64,000 nucleotides of DNA, taken from positions 6,152 to 70,151 of the forward strand of contig CAZXPC010000003.1 of NCBI GenBank assembly GCA_964643135.1, in the 5' to 3' direction. The notes beneath the pieces are model-generated. The model saw nothing but the letters and a program-made list of their open reading frames with translations, did no database searches and was not told where the DNA came from. Within the stretch, counting starts at the first letter, position 1. Each line of letters starts with the position of its first letter. Made by a program: the position numbers and the translations under genes. The stretch is from an uncultured Candidatus Saccharibacteria bacterium. GTDB taxonomy: Bacteria > Patescibacteriota > Minisyncoccia > UBA6257 > Colwellbacteraceae. Below, piece by piece: positions 9,076-16,828 of this stretch.

Positions 9076-10101
9076 ATGGCTAAGGAGAAAATTAAGAAAA
9101 TTGAGGCTAAGCCCAAAGGGACTCAGGCTGACGAGCAAACTATCGATTCAATTCTACGGCCTTCGGAGTGGGATGAATATATTGGCCAGGAGAATGTTAA
9201 AAAGAATCTCCGCATAATTTTGTCGGCAGCTAAAAAGCGCAAGGAGCCGGTCGACCACCTTTTGTTTTATGGACAAGCTGGGCTTGGTAAAACTACCTTA
9301 GCTAACCTGGTCGCTAAAGACATGGGTGTGCCGATTAAGATCACGACCGGCCCGGCAATTGAGAAGATGGGCGACCTGGCCGCGATTCTTTCCAACCTCG
9401 AACCAAATGATATTTTGTTTGTTGATGAGATACACCGCTTAAATAGACTTGTCGAAGAGGTTCTCTATCCCGCGATGGAAAGCCGCAAGCTTCACATTGT
9501 GATCGGCAAAGGCGCGGGGGCACGAACTATTTCATTAGATTTGCCGGCCTTTACGCTAGTCGGTGCCACAACCCGTGTTAATTTGCTTTCAGAACCGCTT
9601 CGATCGCGTTTCGGCGCTATTTTACGCCTCGACTACTACAACGAAGCGGACATCGAAAAGATTATTGAACGCTCGGCCAAGATCTTGAAGATGAGGATTG
9701 AACCAGAAGCCTTAAAAATTTTAGCCAAGGCCTGCCGCTTTACGCCGAGAATTGCCAACCGCTTGCTGAAACGCGTACGCGACTATGCGGAAGTAGGCGG
9801 GCATAAATCCATAACTGCAGATGTGGCGCGTAAAACAATGGAAGTTTTGGAAATTGATTCACTCGGCCTTGAGCTCTATGACCGAATTTTATTACAAACT
9901 ATTATTGACAAATATAACGGCGGGCCGGTCGGCGTAAACACTATGGCGGCGACCCTAAACGAAGACCGAGATACAATTGAGAATGTTTACGAGCCGTATT
10001 TAATTAAGCTAGGGCTTTTGAAACGGACGCCATCTGGCCGGGTTGTTGAGCCCTTGGCCTACGAACACTTATCTAAAAAGAAAAAAGAAAGTTTGTTTTA
10101 A
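9076..10101 (+). CDS. ruvB: Holliday junction branch migration helicase RuvB
   Basis: LRPSEWDEYIGQ, GQAGLGKTTLA, DEIHRL, LYPAME, GATTR, YEPYL. Confidence 0.97.
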   Translation: MAKEKIKKIEAKPKGTQADEQTIDSILRPSEWDEYIGQENVKKNLRIILSAAKKRKEPVDHLLFYGQAGLGKTTLANLVAKDMGVPIKITTGPAIEKMGDLAAILSNLEPNDILFVDEIHRLNRLVEEVLYPAMESRKLHIVIGKGAGARTISLDLPAFTLVGATTRVNLLSEPLRSRFGAILRLDYYNEADIEKIIERSAKILKMRIEPEALKILAKACRFTPRIANRLLKRVRDYAEVGGHKSITADVARKTMEVLEIDSLGLELYDRILLQTIIDKYNGGPVGVNTMAATLNEDRDTIENVYEPYLIKLGLLKRTPSGRVVEPLAYEHLSKKKKESLF

Positions 10102-10550
10102 TGGTCATCCATTCTAAAAGCGCGACTGACACCGAGAAACTGGCTGGCTATTTGGCTAAGAAAATTTTAGATGCCGGCGCGCGTAAGAGCGCGGTGGTTG
10201 TTTCGCTAATTGGTCCGCTCGGCGCCGGCAAAACTCATTTTACGAAGGCTTTTATGAAAACACTAGGCGTAAAAGACACGATTACTAGCCCGACTTTTAA
10301 TATCATGAAGATTTATGAGATTCCGCAGAAAACATCTAAGGAGTTTAGGAGCGCTTATCATATCGATGCCTATAGAATAAAATCTCATGATTTATTAAAA
10401 CTAGGCTTTAAAGACATAATAACTGACCCGGCTAACATTGTTTTAATCGAGTGGGCTGATATTGTGAAAGACATTCTGCCCGAAGGAGCAATCAATATAG
10501 AAATCGAGCATGCAAAAGCAGAGAATGAGCGTAAGATTAAGTTAGGATAA
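10101..10550 (+). CDS. tsaE: tRNA t6A biosynthesis ATPase TsaE
   Basis: GPLGAGKT, SPTF, HIDAYR, IEWAD. Confidence 0.95.
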   Translation: MVIHSKSATDTEKLAGYLAKKILDAGARKSAVVVSLIGPLGAGKTHFTKAFMKTLGVKDTITSPTFNIMKIYEIPQKTSKEFRSAYHIDAYRIKSHDLLKLGFKDIITDPANIVLIEWADIVKDILPEGAINIEIEHAKAENERKIKLG

Positions 10551-11425
10551 TGAAAACATTATTTATAATCGATGCCAACTCTTTGATCCACCGGGCTTAT
10601 CATGCCCTTCCCCAATTTACTTCTCCGGCCGGTAAGCCGAGCGGCGCTATTTACGGCATCTCGAGCATCCTGCTTAAAATATTAAAAGAAAAAAAGCCGG
10701 ACTATATCGCGGCGGCTTTTGACGGACCGGAAGATACTTTTCGCCATGGCGAATATGCCGACTATAAAGGCCACCGGGCTAAAACCGACGACGAACTGGT
10801 TTCACAATTAATCGAAGCGCCCAATACTTTTAAAACTTTTGGCATCAAAACTTTTTTTGCCCACGGGTATGAGGCTGACGACATAATTATGACCTTGGCT
10901 AAAAAATTTGCTTCGGGTGAAGTCCAGGCGCATATGTATTCGGGTGATTTTGATTTGTCGCAGGGAGTTGAAGACAACAAAATTATTTTAGAAACTCCTA
11001 AGAAGAGTATTAGCGAGAGCGCGATTTATGATGAAGCAGCGGTGCGTGAAAGGTTCGGAGTCGAGGCGAGACAAGTGCCAGACTATAAGGGATTGGTTGG
11101 CGACGCATCTGACAACATTCCCGGCGTAGCAGGGATTGGGCCTAAAACTGCAGTCGAGCTTATTACCAAATATGGATCGATTGAGGCGATGTACGAAGAA
11201 ATCGAAAGCCTGGGCATGTCGAACACAAAATTAATGAAGAAGCTTCAGGATGGCAAGGCTGCGGCGCTGATGTCTAAGCGCTTGGCGATTCTGAGAACAG
11301 ATGTGCCGATGGAAGTTAAACTGGAAGACTTAAAAGCGACCCAACCAAATTTTCATGAGCTGAAGAATTACTTTACGGAAATGGGTTTCGGCAGCCTCAC
11401 GGCCAGATTGGAGCGTGAAATTTAA
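10550..11425 (+). CDS. Stand-alone 5'-3' exonuclease/flap endonuclease (PolA N-terminal domain)
   Basis: IIDANSLIHRAYHA, YKGHR, EADDII, LVGDASDNIPGVAGIGPKTA; no polymerase domain. Confidence 0.92.
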   Translation: MKTLFIIDANSLIHRAYHALPQFTSPAGKPSGAIYGISSILLKILKEKKPDYIAAAFDGPEDTFRHGEYADYKGHRAKTDDELVSQLIEAPNTFKTFGIKTFFAHGYEADDIIMTLAKKFASGEVQAHMYSGDFDLSQGVEDNKIILETPKKSISESAIYDEAAVRERFGVEARQVPDYKGLVGDASDNIPGVAGIGPKTAVELITKYGSIEAMYEEIESLGMSNTKLMKKLQDGKAAALMSKRLAILRTDVPMEVKLEDLKATQPNFHELKNYFTEMGFGSLTARLEREI

Positions 11426-11463
11426 ATATCTTAACTGCCTGGCTTTTGCTAGAATATAACCAG

Positions 11464-12615
11464 ATGCCATTTTTTAAATCTGAAAAACCTAACGACCGAG
11501 AAGTTCAAATTATCTCGGCTAGATACGCGGCCATAATGAACATCTTGAGGGATGCGGTTATTGTTTATGATAATACTTTCAAGGTTTTGCTCTTCAACCC
11601 GTCGGCGGCTAAAATTTTCGGCCTCACGCCGGAAGAAGTTATTGGGCAATCTTTTACGCCCAGCAGGGCCGCTGAATTGAAATACCGAGCTTTAGTTCAA
11701 ACTCTTTTTCCGTCGCTTGCCCCCGCGGTTGTTAATAAATCTGATCCCGGCATCTATCCGCAAGTGGCCGAGATCAGCTTTACCGAGCCGGAATTGTATT
11801 TGAGGGTGGCGACTTCCCCTATCGGCGAAGCTGGCCGGAATCTTTTTGTAAAAGTTGTGACCGATATAACCAAGGAGGTCGAATTGAAGAAAGCTAAATC
11901 AGAATTTATATACGCGGCGGCTCACCAGCTTCGCGCACCTCTTACCACTATTGGGCGGGCACTGGAAACATTGAATGGCGACCCGGCAATCAAAGGTGGG
12001 AGCAGGGAAACTCTGGATCAGGGCTCTGAAGCCGATAAAAGATTAACTAAAATCTTGGATGATCTCTTAAATGTATCAAGGATTGATGAAGGGCAGTTGG
12101 GATACACCATGGAGATGCTTGACCTGATCCCGTTCCTTAACAGTCTTTTGGAGGGTGCTCGAGATTATGTATCTAAATCAAACCTCAAACTCAAAATAAA
12201 CTTTGAAAACGAGATTGGTAAATTAATGTTATATTTTGACCCCGATCGATTAGGCATGGCGATTTCCAACATTCTTGATAACGCCATCAAATACAATGTG
12301 GAAAATGGAGAAGTTACTTTTAGGACAGAGCTTCTTAAGGGTAAGCCGTACCTTCAGATCAGCATTTCTGATACCGGCATCGGCATTCCTAAAGAAAAAA
12401 TACCCGACGTTTCCACTAAATTCTTCAGGGCCGAGAATGCTAAGAAAGCGCTGGCTGAAGGCATGGGTTTAGGAATGTATATCTCACAAAGCATAATTAA
12501 GAGGCACGGCGGCTCGATGTGGATCGATTCGGAAATTGGCCGGGGCACAACTGTATATTTTACTTTGCCGACAGATCCCAAGCTGGTGCCGACAAGGGAA
12601 TTTGTCTATGCCTGA
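11464..12615 (+). CDS. Cytoplasmic PAS-domain sensor histidine kinase
   Basis: PAS (FNPSAAKIFG), H-box AHQLRAPL, N-box NILDNAIKY, DTGIGI, GMGLG; ATG at 11464 preferred. Confidence 0.9.
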   Translation: MPFFKSEKPNDREVQIISARYAAIMNILRDAVIVYDNTFKVLLFNPSAAKIFGLTPEEVIGQSFTPSRAAELKYRALVQTLFPSLAPAVVNKSDPGIYPQVAEISFTEPELYLRVATSPIGEAGRNLFVKVVTDITKEVELKKAKSEFIYAAAHQLRAPLTTIGRALETLNGDPAIKGGSRETLDQGSEADKRLTKILDDLLNVSRIDEGQLGYTMEMLDLIPFLNSLLEGARDYVSKSNLKLKINFENEIGKLMLYFDPDRLGMAISNILDNAIKYNVENGEVTFRTELLKGKPYLQISISDTGIGIPKEKIPDVSTKFFRAENAKKALAEGMGLGMYISQSIIKRHGGSMWIDSEIGRGTTVYFTLPTDPKLVPTREFVYA

Positions 12616-13546
12616 GTTGCCCGAAGTACAAACGATGGCGAGCGACCTGGATAAGCTTATTAGCAGTAAAAAAATTACCGGTGTTTGGTTTGATAGTCCG
12701 AGTCAAATATCGGTTATGACTTCGGCTAAAGTGATGTACCGAGGCAAAGTTAAAGACAGGCTGAATCTGAGCGCCGGTGAAGAAAACCAGAAACTTTTTA
12801 GGAAGATGCTTATTGGTTCAAAGATCAAAGATGTTTCCCGCCGGGCCAAAAATGTTTTGATTAACCTAAGCGGTAATAAAATCCTCTTGGTGCATCCGAA
12901 GATGACCGGGCATTTACTGGTCGGCAAGTGGTCTCTTAAGGACAATAAGCCCGTTCCCCTTTCTCCGGCCGGGATCAAGGAGAAAATTAATGGCCATATT
13001 CATCTGATTATCTTTTTAAGCAATGGCCGAATGGTCGGCTTGTCTGACGCCAGAAAGTTCGCCAAGGTTTTGCTGGGCGATCACGATGTGATCATGAAGT
13101 CGCGCGATTTAAAGGACTTGGGGCCGGAACCGCTCACTAAAGAGTTTGATTTAAACGCGCTTAGGGAGATCGTTAAAAACTCGAGGGGCAAAGTTAAACA
13201 ATTTTTATTAAATCAGGAAAAGATAGCGGGCATCGGGAATATTTATGCCGACGAAATCTTGTGGCTCACGAAGATCCATCCCCTTACTCGAGTGGAGAAC
13301 CTAAAAGACAAGCAAATCGAAAATATATTTAAAGCGATCAAACATATTTTAAATGAAGCTGTCAGATTTCGCGGGACTTCTAAAACTGATTATCGCGACC
13401 CTTCGGGCAGAAAAGGAACATATATAGAACACCTCTCTGTTTATGGAAGACGCGGCGAGAAGTGCTCTCGGTGCGGTACCAAAATTGAACGCATTGTGAT
13501 CGGCGCCCGTTCGGCCCATTTTTGCGCTAAATGTCAGACGCGATAG
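12608..13546 (+). CDS. mutM: Formamidopyrimidine-DNA glycosylase
   Basis: MPELPEV start at 12608, GIGNIYADE, C-terminal zinc finger. Confidence 0.96.
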   Translation: MPELPEVQTMASDLDKLISSKKITGVWFDSPSQISVMTSAKVMYRGKVKDRLNLSAGEENQKLFRKMLIGSKIKDVSRRAKNVLINLSGNKILLVHPKMTGHLLVGKWSLKDNKPVPLSPAGIKEKINGHIHLIIFLSNGRMVGLSDARKFAKVLLGDHDVIMKSRDLKDLGPEPLTKEFDLNALREIVKNSRGKVKQFLLNQEKIAGIGNIYADEILWLTKIHPLTRVENLKDKQIENIFKAIKHILNEAVRFRGTSKTDYRDPSGRKGTYIEHLSVYGRRGEKCSRCGTKIERIVIGARSAHFCAKCQTR

Positions 13547-13600
13547 CTGAAGCTATCGCTATGTTGCCAAAAGCTGCGAGTTCCCTATTATTAGAGGGAC

Positions 13601-14380
13601 ATGATTATTTTTCTTTACGGTCCGAATTCATATTTGCGCTCCAAGAAGCTAAAAGAGATCTTGGCTGAGTACGGCAGCAGGTTAGGCAATCTTCTTTTGG
13701 AGCGATATGACTTTGAAAGCGATGATGAGGCGTTTAACAAATTTAAATCTTTTATTTCGGGTCGTTCGATGTTCGACTCTAAGAAGTTTGCTGTCGTTGA
13801 TAACGTTTTTGAATTGAAGGAAAAGAAGGAACTGAAGAAAATATTTGAAGACATTTTAAGTGATAAGGAAACCATCGTGATCGCTGTCTCAGATACTAAG
13901 GCGCCGGCATCTTTTTCTTTTTTGCTTGAGAAGCCGGTTGTGTCGCAAGAATTCCCGGCCATTAAAAAAGGCGCAGAACTAAACTCGTTTATTACGAAAG
14001 AAGTGGCGGTGAGAGGCATGAAATTAACCACCGATCAGGTAAGTGACCTCTCTGATGTTTTTGGAGGCGATCTTTGGGCCATCGCGACCGAGTTGGATAA
14101 GATGCGGCTTTCTTCCAAGATCGCGATCCCGCGAGCCCCGAATGAAGATTACTTTAAATTAATTAATACGATTAAAAGCGGTTATGATGTTAAGTCTCGG
14201 CTTTCGGCTCTAGAAATCATTTTAAGCGATCGGGGCGACGAACCGGCCAAAGTTTTTAATATGCTTTGCTACGGTTTTAATTCGCCGGAACTAATTAAAA
14301 AGCTCGCTGATTACGACGTTATGATTAAATCCGGTCGTCTTGAATACGAAGAAGCGCTTTTAGAAATCGCGCTTAGATAA
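13601..14380 (+). CDS. holA: DNA polymerase III delta subunit
   Basis: MIIFLYG N-terminus, SMF...K, GDLWAIATELDK; adjacent to rpsT as commonly seen. Confidence 0.82.
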   Translation: MIIFLYGPNSYLRSKKLKEILAEYGSRLGNLLLERYDFESDDEAFNKFKSFISGRSMFDSKKFAVVDNVFELKEKKELKKIFEDILSDKETIVIAVSDTKAPASFSFLLEKPVVSQEFPAIKKGAELNSFITKEVAVRGMKLTTDQVSDLSDVFGGDLWAIATELDKMRLSSKIAIPRAPNEDYFKLINTIKSGYDVKSRLSALEIILSDRGDEPAKVFNMLCYGFNSPELIKKLADYDVMIKSGRLEYEEALLEIALR

Positions 14381-14390
14381 AGTAGAAAGT

Positions 14391-14415
14391 AAAACTCCCC
14401 TTTTCGGGGAGTTTT
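14391..14415. terminator. Bidirectional intrinsic terminator
   Basis: AAAACTCCCC-TTTTC-GGGGAGTTTT between convergent holA and rpsT. Confidence 0.85.
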
Positions 14416-14416
14416 G

Positions 14417-14677
14417 TTATTTAGCGGCTAGTTTGTGCGCGAGTCGAGACTTTAATCTCGAAGCTTTATTCTTTTTGATCAAATTTGTTTTGGCAGATTT
14501 GTCCAAGGCTTTGAAAACAGTTGAAAGATATTTCTTAGCTTCATCGGTTTTCTTTTCAGCGACCAGTTTCTTGAAATTTTTGATTGCGTCTTTCATCTTT
14601 TTCGCGTCGCCAAGATTCTTCTCGCGTCGGCGGACGTTCTGGCGGAAGGCTTTTTTGGCTGATGATGTCTTTGGCAT
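14417..14677 (-). CDS. rpsT: 30S ribosomal protein S20
   Basis: SAKKAFRQN...LDKSAK...IKKNKASRLKSRL. Confidence 0.95.
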   Translation of the reverse strand: MPKTSSAKKAFRQNVRRREKNLGDAKKMKDAIKNFKKLVAEKKTDEAKKYLSTVFKALDKSAKTNLIKKNKASRLKSRLAHKLAAK

Positions 14678-14793
14678 GGATTTTATGTATGTGCTACATA
14701 GTACATAACTCCCCTATCCCTGTCAATCTTAAGTAAAAAAAGAGGCCCGTGGTGTTCGACTTTAATTTGTCGAATCCGCTGACGGCTATGCTA

Positions 14794-15030
14794 CTAGGCG
14801 AAAAGGCTTTCCTCACGACCCTGAGAGATCCGGTAGAGGAGTTCTTCCCAGCCTTGGATGTCGAGCTTCCTGGTTCCCCTCGGGTTGCGGTTTCTCATGG
14901 CCTGTCACTTCTGTTTGGACCGAGCGAGCTCCCGGTCGAGTTGTTCTTTAGCGGCCTTGGATTCGTTGAGCCAAAGGTACTCACGCCTCAATGTATCCTT
15001 CGCGTTCTCTTCGTCGTCAGAACTGAACAT
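14794..15030 (-). pseudogene. GC-rich small ORF with one in-frame TGA (or two in-frame mini-ORFs)
   Basis: MFSSDDEENAKDTLRREYLWLNESKAAKEQLDRELARSKQK*QAMRNRNPRGTRKLDIQGWEELLYRISQGREESLFA; promoter TTGACA(15071-15076)-18-TATCCT. Confidence 0.45.
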
Positions 15031-15173
15031 GAAATAACCTAAGTCTAGGATAACATGATGGAAGTATTCTTGTCAAGTCCCTGATGGGGATGAAGCTTGG
15101 TCGTGTAAAACATCTGTAAAACAATTTAGCCCCATGTTTTATTGAGTTTATCAGTTTGTTTCACAAAAATGGT

Positions 15174-15678
15174 TTGTGAGAACGGCAAACATCAGGAATT
15201 CGAGAATTCAAAAAACCTAGTAAAACAGGGGTGTTAAACAAATTTGGGAAACCAGTGTGAGTACGTGAAACAATTGCTTCAGAGGCGGCAAACTCTAAAT
15301 ATTCTCGTAGTGTCTTGCCGAATGCGAGTTGCCGTTTAGAGTTATTGTAATAACATCAAGTCTCCAGCCCTTTCCGTCGTCTTTATTTTGGAAGTATATG
15401 TTGGCGTAGACATTACATGCTCGTTTGAACTTCTGAATCTTATGGGAGGTCATTTGGTCCTCTGGCGCTATTTCTCCGCCGGCACTGGTTTTAACCTCGA
15501 CAAAGACCAGGGTGCCATCAGGGTCAATAGTTATTATGTCTATTTCGCCCCACTTTTGGCGATGGTTTCGGGCTATTATTCTGTAACCTTTCTTAGCCAA
15601 ATACCGGCAGGCGAGATCCTCGCCTAATTTACCTGTTTCTGATTTATTATTCATAATCGATGTTTGCCGTTCTCACAA
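15174..15678. repeat. 20-bp perfect inverted repeats flanking yraN
   Basis: TTGTGAGAACGGCAAACATC (15174-15193) / GATGTTTGCCGTTCTCACAA (15659-15678). Confidence 0.85.
15295..15654 (-). CDS. yraN: YraN/UPF0102 family PD-(D/E)XK nuclease
   Basis: GKLGEDLA, GEIDII, LVFVEVKT, RLDVI. Confidence 0.93.
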   Translation of the reverse strand: MNNKSETGKLGEDLACRYLAKKGYRIIARNHRQKWGEIDIITIDPDGTLVFVEVKTSAGGEIAPEDQMTSHKIQKFKRACNVYANIYFQNKDDGKGWRLDVITITLNGNSHSARHYENI

Positions 15679-15743
15679 GTCAAAGGCTATAATTATGTTA
15701 TAGAGTATAACACTAAAACAGTGGGAAACGTGAAACATTACGC

Positions 15744-16208
15744 ATGATCCTTAGTAATGAATATATCAGGGGTTTAATTGATGGAGAAGGCTGCTTTTCC
15801 TTTTGTACTATCCCTAGTTCTAAGAAGTTAGAAGGCAAGTTGATCAGGCAGAAAATCCCGGCTTTCTTACTAAATATGCATGTCAGAGATAAAGATTTGG
15901 TCCAAGGCGTTAGAGATCATTTGGGCTTGCGCAATAGGGTTTACGAATATAGGAGTACCCCATTACACGGGCATAATAAAAGTTATTTGAGAGGGAATAA
16001 GGCAGTGCTAATAGTTAGAGATCTCGGCCAGCTTAAAAATAAAATAGTACCTTTTTTCTACGGTAGGCTGAAAGGACATAAGGGGGAACAATTTAATATT
16101 TGGTTAGACAAGATAGGAAGCGACCCAGAAGTGGTTGATGACTATCGGTTGATATACCGTCTTCACAAGTCGGGTTGGTTTGAAAATAACCCAAAATATT
16201 CAGACTGA
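15744..16208 (+). CDS. Single-motif LAGLIDADG homing endonuclease family protein
   Basis: YIRGLIDGEGCF, D..L..VRD.LG, IVPFF...LKG.K. Confidence 0.88.
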   Translation: MILSNEYIRGLIDGEGCFSFCTIPSSKKLEGKLIRQKIPAFLLNMHVRDKDLVQGVRDHLGLRNRVYEYRSTPLHGHNKSYLRGNKAVLIVRDLGQLKNKIVPFFYGRLKGHKGEQFNIWLDKIGSDPEVVDDYRLIYRLHKSGWFENNPKYSD

Positions 16209-16218
16209 AACTTATTTG

Positions 16219-16290
16219 TGCGCGGTGAGGGATTCGAACCCCCGGCCTTGATGGTGTAAACATCCTGCTCTGCCGCTGAGCTAACCGCGC
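16219..16290 (-). tRNA. tRNA-Val(TAC)
   Basis: Cloverleaf; anticodon loop TTTACAC; GGTTCGAATCC. Confidence 0.92.
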
Positions 16291-16390
16291 GTGGTTAATA
16301 CGATATAACAAAATAGATTCGGTTTCAAATTGGTTAGATAAAATCTTTCTGTTTATCTTATTTTGTCTTCGTTGTATCATTTAGTTAACT

Positions 16391-16816
16391 ATGGATCAGA
16401 AACCTGTTTCGTTTGAAAATATTGTTTTGCCCAAAGAACATGAAGAGACCATGCGGTCAATAGGCCAGGAAGTAGTCGAAAGACAAGTTGATTATTCTGC
16501 GGCCGGAATTGAAAAACCGCGCAAAGATATTTTTAAAGAAGTTTTAGGCCAGCGAATGCAAGTTCAAGGCGGATCACCGCAGGCTTCGCCGGCGCCGCAG
16601 ACATCAACCGGCCCATCTGACTCTGATAAGGTGGAAATAAAGAATAAAAGCGAACAGTTGCAGCAGTTGGTTAATATCGCCGCAACCAAGGGCCCAATCG
16701 AGGCGTCGCTCATGGCTCAGAAGATCGGCGACCCTTGGCTCGAAGACCAGCTCCATGATGCCCTGATTTCTTTCCACGATGAATTGGTGAGCAGAAGGAA
16801 GTTGGCTGAAGAATAA
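16391..16816 (+). CDS. Hypothetical protein upstream of the VirD4-like ATPase
   Basis: 141 aa ORF abutting the next gene; C-terminal DPWLEDQLHDAL. Confidence 0.75.
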   Translation: MDQKPVSFENIVLPKEHEETMRSIGQEVVERQVDYSAAGIEKPRKDIFKEVLGQRMQVQGGSPQASPAPQTSTGPSDSDKVEIKNKSEQLQQLVNIAATKGPIEASLMAQKIGDPWLEDQLHDALISFHDELVSRRKLAEE

Positions 16817-16828
16817 TTGAAGTTGTAT

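Noticed and set aside
14749-15042. Plus-strand 97-aa ORF
   Set aside because: Antisense to the promoter/terminator-bounded minus-strand unit
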